DNA of 57,407 nucleotides, the filler included, from Squatina squatina (Eukaryota): assembly GCA_031763465.1 (NCBI GenBank). It is 3 parts of 3 records of this genome, joined end to end, with 100 filler letters (N's around TTAATTAATTAA, not from the genome) between each part and the next. Parts side by side here need not be neighbours in the genome. Positions count along the whole stretch, not along the records: positions 14,710 to 29,978 come from JARFOE010000162.1; positions 30,079 to 57,407 come from JARFOE010000079.1; 1 more part is not named here. One strand, written 5' to 3'. The first letter of the stretch is position 1; every line of letters begins with the position of its first letter. A program made the position numbers and the translations under genes. Shown one piece after another: positions 27,280 to 37,704 of the stretch. The notes under the pieces were generated by a model that saw only the letters and a list, made by a program, of their open reading frames with translations, was not told the origin of the DNA and made no database searches.

Positions 27280-28624
27280 NNNNNNNNNNNNNNNNNNNNN
27301 NNNNNNNNNNNNNNNNNNNNNNNNNNNNNNNNNNNNNNNNNNNNNNNNNNNNNNNNNNNNNNNNNNNNNNNNNNNNNNNCAGCGGAATAAAACTGAAATC
27401 CCACAGATGTCACATAGCATTGCCTTTTTAAGTCAACCTTAATATGTACAAACCAAAGACAAGGTGACACCAGCAATAAAGCTGGACCTTTTTCATGGAA
27501 TTACTTGATAGAAAAAGACTGACACCTCTTCCAGCAAATGCTGCCCCTTCTGTAATCACGAGAGAACAAGGGCAGACTACGGTGCAGCCACCATGGCAAG
27601 AGAGATGGATTGTAACTGTTATAACTAATGGCAGATAGATGAATGATTAATGAAACCAGGTTGAGCCTAATAACAAAATCTACAATTCTTGCTAGAAAAA
27701 AATTACATTCCCTGTGGTTAGTTTGAAATTTCAGATCCTCATTCACCCTCCATGTCTGCTTTTATTTTGCTCCGTCAGACACAGTAAAGATTTTAAAGAC
27801 TTATTTTTTTTTATATAGTTGAGGTAAACCCAGTCTGATTGCTATAACCAGGACCACTATAATTCTAAGGCACTTCAAGGCCAATTTCTGCAGTAAAGCC
27901 AATCAAATGATGCGATGTGAGACTATAGATTGTACAACAAGTCTCTTGTTTGGGGACATCTCAATCTCAATGAAATACAGATTTCGAAAATACTGTATAA
28001 AACATTGCTAAAATGTTTGCTTTTGCTTAGAAAAATTGGACAGTTCAAACTGTTTAAAAAGAGTTTATTATGTTTAAACTTTGAGTACTCATGTTGTGCT
28101 TAGCTGTTTGCAGTAATAGCTTCAATTAGCACCTTGCCATCTCACCTGTACTTTTCACCTCACCAGGTAAGACATTAAGTGATAGGTAACCAAAATTTAA
28201 TGTATCAATACCAATAATTGATGTTCCACTTCTGACTTCTGTCAGTTGACACCAATCTTCTAATTTCCATTGATTTGCTGCTTGCTAATCTCAATGAACT
28301 TCACATCTTGCATACTTGACTCAAGAATTTCTACAGAATTAGTTGACTGAGTATCTAACATTCAAGTAGCGACGCAGGTTAATAAGGCCATTAAAAAAAA
28401 CAAAGCACTGGGGTTCATTTCGAGAGGGATAGAATTGAAAAGCAGAGAACATAGAAACATAGAAAATAGGAGCAGGAGTAGGCCATTTGGCCCTTCGAGC
28501 CTGCTCCACCATTCAATATGATCANNNNNNNNNNNNNNNNNNNNNNNNNNNNNNNNNNNNNNNNNNNNNNNNNNNNNNNNNNNNNNNNNNNNNNNNNNNN
28601 NNNNNNNNNNNNNNNNNNNNNNNN

Positions 28625-28912
28625 TAACCTTCTTCAGCCCTACAACCCTCCGAGATCTCCGCGTTCCTCCAATTCTGGCCAGTTGCGCATCCTCGATTTG
28701 AATTGCTCCACCATTGTTGGCCATGCCTTCAGCTGCCTAGGCTCTAAGCTCGGGAATTCCCTCTCTAAACCGCGATAGTTCTCTCTCCTCCTTTAAGACG
28801 TTTCTTAAAACCTATCTCTTTGTCCAAGCTTTTAGTCATCTGTCCTTGGTGTCAAATTCTGCTTGTTAACACTCCTGTTAAAGGTGCTGTATAAATGCAA
28901 GTTGTTGTTGTT
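28625..28912 (+). mobile_element. L2-clade LINE 3' end
   Basis: gccttcagctgcctaggctctaagctcgggaattccctc...tataaatgcaagttgttgttg; same family as the copies at 33803, 46956 and 56590. Confidence 0.85.
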
Positions 28913-30022
28913 AATCTCCCCTACTATCTCATGTGTGGTAAACCATTGTGCCAACATGACGTTGGTCAAAATGTGGGAGTTCTGTTAAGACCATTACAAG
29001 TTCGGAAACACAATGATAATTATGCAAACAGCAATGCAATCTATCCACTGCATGATTATTGAACAAAAGCAATCCAACCCACACCTTGTGCACAGGTGGA
29101 CTGAGAACTGCATGCATGCAACTGATTGCCTTGTGGACATATGGAAAGTCTTCTATCCAGCAAAAAAAAACCTCATGTTTAATTTCATGTTGATGCTGAG
29201 GGGTACTTGAAAAACAGATGTTAACTTGTTTTCTTCATCAAAACATATGTTAGTTGTGCCACACACTGGGAGATAGATGCTGGACTAATCCTCATATCCC
29301 CTGCAGGGAGCAGGAAAATTAACATAGCCATAAAAATTCCAGTGTAACAGTGAACATGGCATGCACCTGGGTTTGCTCGCTGTGGCTTTACTGTCATTGA
29401 TATCACCCTGTCAACTTTCACATAGCCTAACACTACACAGTTATGTAAGGTCTGAAACACTCAGGTATTGTGTTGCACTGTAGAGAGGACCTAAGTCTTC
29501 CAGATCCTGGCACTTGAGTGCTTGCTATTTATAAAAGTGCCTGCTATAGAGACAAAAACATAAAAGCACGCTGCCAGATAAACATTGCTAACATTATACA
29601 TCCATCTTTACCTAAGTATGAAATAGTTCAAAGCAAATTGAAGGAAAAGGGAGTTAAAATTTGTTGAACTACAGGTGAATTGAATATGGAGAAAACCCTT
29701 AAAACAACACCTCAACACCTCAAAAATGTAATTGGACAATGAGCCTGTAACTCCCAACAGTGAACTGATAATCAAGTCCCACTGGACCTAAAGAGAGAAT
29801 GTTACCAGTAGACCATCATAGACATTAAAGAAACACATAAAGATATTTTATAAAGGCATTTACATGTACCATTAATGAAAGCCCACAGCAAGACATGCAA
29901 ATAAAATATTTGGTATTCTAACTACATAGAAACATAGAAAATAGAAGCAGGAGTAGGCCATTCGGCCCTTCGAGCCTGNNNNNNNNNNNNNNNNNNNNNN
30001 NNNNNNNNNNNNNNNNNNNNNN

Positions 30023-30034
30023 TTAATTAATTAA
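30023..30034. other. Second artificial linker TTAATTAATTAA inside an N44/N44 spacer
   Basis: Identical structure to the linker at 14654-14665. Confidence 0.95.
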
Positions 30035-30207
30035 NNNNNNNNNNNNNNNNNNNNNNNNNNNNNNNNNNNNNNNNNNNNAAGGTAAGGGATAAATCGAGTT
30101 GAGATACACATCAGCCATGAAATAACTGAATGGTGGGTCAGACTCGAGGGTCAGAATGGCTTCCCTCCTGTTCCTGTTTACCCCCTCCCCACCCAGAAAC
30201 AACGTAC

Positions 30208-30576
30208 CTGACACTGCGAGGTGGTCTTGCAGACACGGAGCCCAGGTCAGGCTCAGATAGTCATTGTTCGGGACGGGGGTGGGAGTGCCCAGCTCTGTGA
30301 GGCTCAGGACCTTTCTCAGGTCTCGGAAATCAGTCACCAGCACTCGCCCATTCGAGGACAGCCTGGCCACCTTCGAGTGCCCAGGTGCCCATCCCATCGT
30401 CCAATGGCAGGCGCCGCCACCGCCCCTGCTCGCAGGCAAATCCGAGCATCCAATCAGACTCGGGCGCTGCCGGGTATCAGCCAACCACAGGCGACCGTTG
30501 AGGGAGCAGATTGAAAAGGTGGATGGTTCGAGAAACTCCAGCTCACTGACTGGCTCGCAGTCGTGGTTGTCTGCCT
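30208..30576 (-). CDS. WDR73: WDR73 large internal exon
   Basis: ccacag|AG GCA...TCA G|gtacgt, 369 bp, phase 1-1. ELEFLEPSTFSICSLNGRLWLADTRQ...LSSNGRVLVTDFRDL...LTWAPCLQDHLAVSG vs recalled human [25 protein letters not shown]...LGSDGRLCLLDPRDL...VTWAPGLKNCLAISG. Confidence 0.85.
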
Positions 30577-30680
30577 CTGTGGAGAGAATCAACACTCCTG
30601 TTACTTGGGACCAGACTGCAAGCGTCCAGATCAGAACTAATCTAGCCTAGGGCCAGCCTGTCACTCCTCCAACTTCTTCA

Positions 30681-30825
30681 CTCCCACTGTACAAAATCCC
30701 AATGGACCCAACCCCTTCCCATTCTCTCCCACTGTACAGAATCCCAATCGACCAAACCCCTTCCCATTCCCTCCCACTGTACAGAATCCCAATGGACCCA
30801 ACCCCTTCCCATTCCCTCCCACTGT
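30681..30825. repeat. 45-bp minisatellite, at least 3 copies, runs into gap
   Basis: actgt(aca) recurs at 30686, 30731, 30776 and 30821. Confidence 0.9.
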
Positions 30826-30925
30826 NNNNNNNNNNNNNNNNNNNNNNNNNNNNNNNNNNNNNNNNNNNNNNNNNNNNNNNNNNNNNNNNNNNNNNNNNNN
30901 NNNNNNNNNNNNNNNNNNNNNNNNN

Positions 30926-31110
30926 TATAAGGTTGAAAGCTCATTTCAGGGTCAAATTTGACACCAAGGCTGTGAACAGTTTGGTTCAGCTTCGGGCAGA
31001 AGTTGGGGAGAGGGATGGAGTCAATAGCTAGCGAACAGATTTTGTGGTGGGAACTGAAAACAATGGCTTCAGTCTTCCCAATATTCAAATGGAGAAAATT
31101 TCTGCTTATC
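30926..31110 (-). mobile_element. L2 LINE RT C-terminal fragment
   Basis: NFLHLNIGKTEAIVF...TVHSLGVKFDPEMSF. Confidence 0.8.
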
Positions 31111-31534
31111 CTCACTCTCTCAGTGACAATTTTAAATTGATGACCACTCATCACTGACACCCCAGCAAAAGCAAATAGTCTTTCCTGTTTCACTTTATCA
31201 AAACACTTTGCAAACTTACAAATCTTAATTGAACCTCTTAGATTTTTCTGCTTCATCGGAAATAGTTCCTGAATCTCATAACTATCTAACTATATAGTTA
31301 CATAACTATAACTATAATTTTCCATCGCAGGCATTATCCTGGTAAAGTTACACTGTATGGTCTCGATGACTTTAATATCTTTTCTGTAATGGATTGTTCA
31401 AAATGGCACACAGTACTGAACTATGGCTTAACTATTGCCTTGTACAAGTGTATCATTGACTCTTGTACTCTACATCTCTATTGACAATTTATGGTTGTGT
31501 TTGCTGCAGGTTGGGTTGGAAGCAACTCTGAAGG

Positions 31535-32027
31535 ATGGTGACCATCAAGATGATGTTGCTGGGCAACGAGCTTGCGGGGAAGACCTCAATGATTGTGTGC
31601 TTGACCACCAGTGTCTTCCCCAGGGACAGTCTGCCCACCGTCTTCGACACCTTCAGCACCCAGATAACCTTGGACGAGCGAATGGTGATCTTGAACCTGT
31701 GGGACACGGCGCCCCAGGAGGAACACCGTCTCTCCATCCGGCAGTTCTACTACCCCCATACGGACATCTTCATCATTTGCTTCTCCATCTGTGACCCGGG
31801 CTCCTTCGAGGACATTTGGAATGACTGGTACCCCGAGGTCAAACGTCATCGTCCCAGTGTGCCTGTGCTCCTGGTGGGAACCAAGAAGGATCTCCGGCAT
31901 GACCCGGCCACCATCCTGAGCCTGCTCAAGCGCGAGTTGGCACCGGTCAGTTACCAGCAGGGCGCCAGCCTGGCCAAGAGGATGAACGCGGTGAAGTACC
32001 TGGAGTGCTCGGCGCTGCTCCGGGAGG
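31535..32027 (+). CDS. Atypical RhoG-like small GTPase, 3' end lost in gap
   Basis: Acceptor tgcag| at 31509, 25-nt 5'UTR, then 164 uninterrupted codons collinear with RhoG ([24 protein letters not shown]). P-loop reads GNELAGKT and G3 reads DTAPQE. Confidence 0.88.
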
Positions 32028-32425
32028 NNNNNNNNNNNNNNNNNNNNNNNNNNNNNNNNNNNNNNNNNNNNNNNNNNNNNNNNNNNNNNNNNNNNNNNNN
32101 NNNNNNNNNNNNNNNNNNNNNNNNNNNGAACGATCCTATTGTTATTTTTCTTCAGAGGAGCCGCTCTTCCCAGATGCTTGGCGGCGGAGAGAAGGGAGGA
32201 AGGGGTGGGGGTGGAAGGGAAACTGAATAGTGGGAACCGGTGCAATTGCAGACTTTAATCAAGCCATTAATTTTCCCTCTCAAAAGCTGGACAAAGATGA
32301 GCTCAGCCCATCGAGCGTGGCGACTTTCCAACTGGAAGCAGAGCCTGGTCCGAGATCGCGATGTTCTGTCCGTGCAGTGGTCCGGGGTGGGGGCGGGGAG
32401 GTGGGGCAAGATGGAGGAGCCTTCC

Positions 32426-32702
32426 TCACAAGAGCATACAACTTCTTTTGCCTTTCACCGGAGCCGGGTTAATGACAGCCCTTACCGCTTCAGCAAAGAC
32501 ATCTTTGATTCCTTCCTGGTTGAGCGCGGAGCACTCCATGTACTTCACGGCCTGGATCTGCTTGGCGAGGCCGTTGCCCTGGTGTTGTGAGATGGGTGCC
32601 AGGCTCTGCTCCTTCAGCTTCTTGATGGTTTCCGGGTCGCTCCGCAGATCCTTTTTGGTGCCCACCAGGAGCATGGGCACGTCCGGGCAGTGGTGGGTCA
32701 CC
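32426..32702 (-). CDS. RHOG: Canonical RhoG, C-terminal half
   Basis: [20 protein letters not shown]...[24 protein letters not shown], with CAAX box; matches the recalled RhoG C-terminus. Confidence 0.92.
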
Positions 32703-32802
32703 NNNNNNNNNNNNNNNNNNNNNNNNNNNNNNNNNNNNNNNNNNNNNNNNNNNNNNNNNNNNNNNNNNNNNNNNNNNNNNNNNNNNNNNNNNNNNNNNNN
32801 NN

Positions 32803-33386
32803 GTGTTCATGCGAGACAGGGAGAATTTGAGCATGTCATACTGTCGGCCGTTGAGGCACTCCGGGCAGGAGCAGGAGATCTTGTGAGGGTTGGGGATGAC
32901 GTGTCCTTTCTTCATCAGCAGGTCCACAATCTCAAACAGGTCCTTCTGGCAGGCCAGGGTCAGAGGTGTGACCCCTGGCGCGAAGCGGGAGCTGTCGATG
33001 GAGTGGTCGAACAGCGCCAGGGAGAAGGACATGATGTCCACCTTGTTGTGGCTCACCCCTTTCTGCTGGTCCAAGCGTTCCAGCAGCAGCCTGACCACAT
33101 TGATGAGGTTCATATCCACGGCCACCAGCAGGGCCTCGTGGATCTGGCGGAAGTCGAACTTGACGAAGCGGAGGAGGCCCACGATGATCTCCTCGCTGCC
33201 CATGCGGATGGCCAGGTTGAGGGCCTCCCTCCACAACCGGTCCTCCGCATCGTCCAGCTGCCGCAGGATCCCGTCGCTGGTCTGCAGGAGCTTGTAGAGC
33301 TTCGGCAAGTTCCCGTCGTAGATTGCGGCAATCAGGCTCGGCGGGAACTTCATCTTTTTCCCGACAATCTCCCTCCAGTTGTCCTC
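32803..33386 (-). CDS. TRPC2: TRPC2 ankyrin-repeat exon, 3' truncated by gap
   Basis: Polypyrimidine tract then cag|GAG. WREALNLAIRMG, VKFDFRQIHEALLVAVD, SRFAPGVTPLTLACQKDL and LKFSLSRMN match recalled TRPC2-specific motifs; no stops. Confidence 0.93.
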
Positions 33387-33644
33387 CTGAAAAGGGGGAA
33401 AAAAAAACAAACCCCACCCGATGGGTGAAGGCATCAGAGCAGCGACGGCGGGTGGGGGTGGCGAGGGTCAAACCCCAGGGCTCACGGCCCTCGAACTGCC
33501 ATTCCAATCCAGCCCAGGCTGGGCCGTCCGGCACCCTATCCTGCTCGCTCCATGGGCCCCGGAACTAGACAACGCACCGGGGGGGAGAGGGGGGAGAGAT
33601 AGTCTGTCAACAGGGGAGGGTGAGAGGGTTTGTGTATTGGGGCA

Positions 33645-33799
33645 GGGCCGAACCCTGGGGTTAAAGGGGAGGGGCCGATCTCTGGGGTTAAAGGGGAGGG
33701 GCCGATCCCTGGGGTTTATGGGGGAGGGGCCAATCCCTGGGGTTAAAGGGGAGGGGCTGATCCCTGGGGTTTATGGGGGAGGGGCCGATCCCTGGGGTA
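33645..33799. repeat. G-rich 27-28 bp minisatellite, about 5.5 copies
   Basis: Unit ggggttaaaggggaggggccgatccct, with a tttatg variant. Confidence 0.9.
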
Positions 33800-33802
33800 A
33801 TT

Positions 33803-34250
33803 TTCACCCATCATCCCCTGTGCTCGCTGATCTACATTGGCTCCTGGCCCGGCAACACATCGATTTAAAAATTCTCCTTATTTTCAAATCCCTCCATGGC
33901 CTCACCTGCCCCCTCCCTGTCTCTGTAATCTCCTTGAGCCCCACAACCCTCTGAGATCTCTGCGCTTCTCCAGCTCTGTCCTCCTTCCCATCCCTGATTT
34001 TAATCGCTCCACCTTTGGTGGCCGTGCCTTCAGCTGCCTGGGCCCTAAGCTCTGGAATTCCCTCCCTGAGCCTCTCCACCTCTCTCTCCTCCTTTAAGAT
34101 GCTCCTTAAAACCGACCTCTTTGACCAAGCTTTTGGTCACCTGTCCTGATATCTCCTTATGTGGCTCGGTGTGGAATTTTGTCTGATAATCGCCCCTGTG
34201 AGGCGCTCGGGATGTTTTACCAAGTTAAAGGCGCGGGAGGAATGTGCTGT
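33803..34250 (+). mobile_element. L2-clade LINE 3' end
   Basis: PVLADLHWL...FKSLHGL...GGRAFSCLGPKLWNSLP followed by the family tail. Confidence 0.88.
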
Positions 34251-34928
34251 TTTGCATCTCTCCTGAGTTGTATTTGCAGAGAGGTTTGCCACTATTGTAA
34301 AAAGTCAGGATCTACCCCCAATGGAAAGAATTACAGCTCTTGAATCTCAGAGACCCGCTAATGCAACACACACCCCAGCCCCTTTCTCTGTACCATTCTC
34401 CTGCTCTCTCTCTCTTAACCAGCTGAGCCATAGTGTGGGAGGGGCTGTGGAGGGGGAGCGAGGCGGGGAGGGGGAGCATCGATCCTGAGTGGCGGGGGTG
34501 AGATGTCAATCTCTGTTTTTTTAATGTGAAGAATCTAAGTGAAGGGTCGAGGATGGCAGCTGAGTTCGGAGGCCAAACGGGATTAATCCGGGAACAATCA
34601 TTCGCTTGGCTTTCCATTGCCTCTGGAATACGGGAGAGGGTTGGGCAGGAACCAGGCGGCTAAAATTATACTGCCAAGGTGATGTGCTTCAGTGTCAGAA
34701 CAGAACAGTAATTCTGATATACTTCTAGACTCATAGAATCTTATAGCACAGGAGGAGGCCATTCGCCCCATCATGCCTGTGCTGGCTCTGTGAAGGAGCT
34801 CTCCAATTAGTCCCACTCCCCCTGCTCTNNNNNNNNNNNNNNNNNNNNNNNNNNNNNNNNNNNNNNNNNNNNNNNNNNNNNNNNNNNNNNNNNNNNNNNN
34901 NNNNNNNNNNNNNNNNNNNNNNNNNNNN

Positions 34929-35110
34929 TCAAATGGAATGCAAAAAACAAACTTGGAATTCAGAAAACAGAGAGGAAATGCAGAAATCAAACAGAATTCA
35001 AAAATCAAACATGGAATTCAGAAATCAAGCATGGAATTCAGAAATCAAACGGAATTCAGAAAGCAAAAAGGGAATGCAAAAATAAAACAGGGAGTTCAGA
35101 AATCAAACAT
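34929..35110. repeat. Degenerate ~20-bp tandem repeat
   Basis: Unit like atggaattcagaaatcaaac, about 9 copies. Confidence 0.85.
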
Positions 35111-35714
35111 CTTTTTGTATCTGCTTTAATGCATGCCAGGTCTAGGGAGTTATGTTTAAAACCAATGTCTCTCAGTAAACTTTGCACTTCATCAAACTGT
35201 CTGCACTTATCAAGCAGCCCTACTGGTAAATCAGGATAAACAGGAGAATGCTTGCCAGCGTATTAGATGTCTCCTTGTTGACACACAGCTTTCACTATTC
35301 TTTCTTTCACTGGAAACCTGAGCATCTGCAAAATGAAGGCCTGAGGTGGTTTGGTGCGGTGGGAATGCTTTGTTGCTGAACAATGCACTTGGTCAATCTG
35401 CAACATAGGCAGGGTTCAAACTGCAGTTCATTTCAGGGCTTTTTCCTATAACACGAGTGGGTTAATGCCCTCCATTGAATGTCTGGGATCTCAAGGATGC
35501 AGCGGTTATTCTTTGAGCTTCAACTTCAACTATGTGGGCACTTCATTGTGCTATTTTGATTTCATAGACTCTCACAGCACAGAAGGAGGCCATTCGGCCC
35601 AACGTGCCTGTGAGCACCCAGCCTGTTGCAGGGGTCTGGGACATCACTGATCAAATGTTGAGATGAGTGTGTTTCCCCTGCTTGCTCAGTGCTTCCATCC
35701 TTTGTGTCTTTTAG

Positions 35715-35936
35715 GCGGAATATTCTAACAAAAAACACCGGCCGATAGGAATTGGTGTCCAGGGGCTGGCGGACGCCTTCATCCTGATGCGCTACCCCTT
35801 TGAAAGCGAAGAAGCTCAGAAACTCAACATCCAGATCTTCGAGACCATTTACTACGCAGCACTTGATGCAAGCTGCACCCTGGCCAAGGAACATGGCCCT
35901 TATGAAAGTTACCAGGGCTGCCCTGTCAGCAAGGGG
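35715..35936 (+). CDS. RRM1: Ribonucleotide reductase large subunit, internal exon
   Basis: ttttag|GCG...GGG|gtgagt, 222 bp. [31 protein letters not shown]...PVSKG. Confidence 0.96.
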
Positions 35937-36064
35937 GTGAGTAACTCCAGTGAAGCAGATTGCCTCCAATGCAAGGCATTCCTGGCACAGCTTCACATTC
36001 TACCGGCGTTGCTCCTCAGATCCTATAACTATTCAGATTCCCGACATCTTAGATTTGATTAATT

Positions 36065-36219
36065 TATGTTCTGGATTGGGTGTCGCTGGCAAGGCCAGTA
36101 TTTATTGCCGGTCACTAGCTGACCTGGGAAGGTGGTAGTGAGCCACCTTCTTGAACAGCTGAGGGTCTTGCTAGGCCCACTTCAGAAGGGCAGTTAAGAG
36201 TCAACCGCTTTGGTGTGGG
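36065..36219 (-). mobile_element. SINE 3' part, same family as 26965-27279
   Basis: Reverse complement gives cccacacc...ggttgactcttaactgcccttctgaagtgggcctagcaag...ggcaataaatactggcc. Confidence 0.65.
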
Positions 36220-36537
36220 NNNNNNNNNNNNNNNNNNNNNNNNNNNNNNNNNNNNNNNNNNNNNNNNNNNNNNNNNNNNNNNNNNNNNNNNNNNNNNNNN
36301 NNNNNNNNNNNNNNNNNNNTAATTGGATCGCTCTTTCACAGAGCCAGCACAGGCACGATGGGCCGAATGTGCTGTCGTTCTATCATCTGTAACGAGAGGC
36401 AAAACTTTGTTTAGATTCTGTCCTTTCTTGCACTGTTGGTGTTTCGTGTTAAACTTGTTGGACCTTTGCTTGTTGCGAATTCTTGACTTGACGATGCCTG
36501 CTAATCTCTTGCTCTTTATACACTCCTCTCCACATAG

Positions 36538-36673
36538 ACACGGTGTGAGGAACAGCTTGCTGCTTGCCCCAATGCCGACTGCCTCAACAGCCCAGATCCT
36601 GGGTAACAATGAGTCGATTGAACCATACACCAGCAACATCTACACGCGCCGAGTGCTCTCTGGGGAGTTCCAG
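36538..36673 (+). CDS. RRM1: RRM1 internal exon
   Basis: acatag|A CAC...CAG|gtcagt, 136 bp. [45 protein letters not shown]. Confidence 0.96.
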
Positions 36674-36781
36674 GTCAGTCACCTTTATATAACGGGGTGA
36701 AAGTAATGTGGGAGTGCTGTAAGGGAATGCGAACAATGGGTGGGTGCAGGCAGCTTGTGATGCTGTGTGTAATTCCTGCAG

Positions 36782-36877
36782 ATCGTGAACCCTCATTTAC
36801 TGAAGGACCTGACTGAGCGTGGGCTGTGGAGCGAGGATATGAAGAACCAGATCATTGCTCAGAATGGATCGATCCAG
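36782..36877 (+). CDS. RRM1: RRM1 next exon (not in the ORF track)
   Basis: ctgcag|ATC...CAG|gtagga, 96 bp. [32 protein letters not shown]; follows a 108-bp intron. Confidence 0.95.
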
Positions 36878-37159
36878 GTAGGAAACGCTGCACCTTGCTG
36901 CCCTCCTTGTTCACTCCAGTTGCTGGGGTTTGTGTAATTCTAATTGGTCCCGTATCCATCTTATCTCTGAGCTTGGTGTCTTGTTACTAATGGGCTGTCG
37001 GACAGGGAGAACAAGTTCTGCTGAAGCAGATTCATTTCAGTGTGTTTTTAAATTCATCACCTTAAAATTCCCCCAGTGTTCCCACCCCCAGTGACAAGAC
37101 CTGTAATGACCAAACCTTCACCCCAGTGTTACACAGCTCTCGACACAATGCAAGCTTGA

Positions 37160-37580
37160 AACAAAGGAGAGGAGGCCATTCAGCCCTTTGAGCCTGTTCC
37201 GCCATTCGGTTAGATCGTGCCTGATCTGTATCTTAACTTCAACTTGCCCACTTCGGCTACGTAACCCTCAATGTCCCCTCTAATTTTCTTTTGGGCTGCG
37301 CAGCCCCTTTAATGGGCCGTGTGGCCCATTTAAAATTCTGCACATGTGCAGCTTTTCCCATTAAAGGGAACATTGGTAACCCTTAATACCCTGGCCTAAC
37401 ACAAATAGATCGATCTCAGTTTTGAAATTTTCAATCGACTCCCAGCCTCAACAGCTTTTTGGGAGTGTTCCAGATTTCCACTCCCCTTTGTGTGAAGAAG
37501 TGCTTCCTGACATCACCCTGAACGGCCTGGCTCTAATTTTAAGATTATCCCTTGTTCAGGATTCCCCCGATGTTCTAGCT
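37160..37580 (-). mobile_element. CR1 LINE 3' end, interrupted by a MITE
   Basis: gaggaggccattcagcccttt...gttccagatttccactcccctttgtgtgaagaagtgcttcc. Confidence 0.8.
37269..37375. mobile_element. 107-bp hAT-type MITE with perfect 8-bp TSD
   Basis: TIRs CAATGTCCCCTCTAA and TTAAAGGGAACATTG; GTAACCCT at 37261-37268 and 37376-37383. Confidence 0.9.
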
Positions 37581-37704
37581 NNNNNNNNNNNNNNNNNNNN
37601 NNNNNNNNNNNNNNNNNNNNNNNNNNNNNNNNNNNNNNNNNNNNNNNNNNNNNNNNNNNNNNNNNNNNNNNNNNNNNNNNCCGATGGAAATCTTCCCTTT
37701 GTAG

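Noticed and set aside
32128-32230. C-terminal extension NDPIVIF...GRETE of the atypical Rho ORF
   Set aside because: Lies beyond the gap on the RHOG contig, downstream of the RHOG stop on the opposite strand; not part of the gene.
32490-33434. Apparent TRPC2-RhoG-region fusion ORF of 314 aa and overlapping antisense ORFs
   Set aside because: Read-through across a 100-N spacer between different contigs; the antisense ORFs are shadows of GC-rich coding exons.
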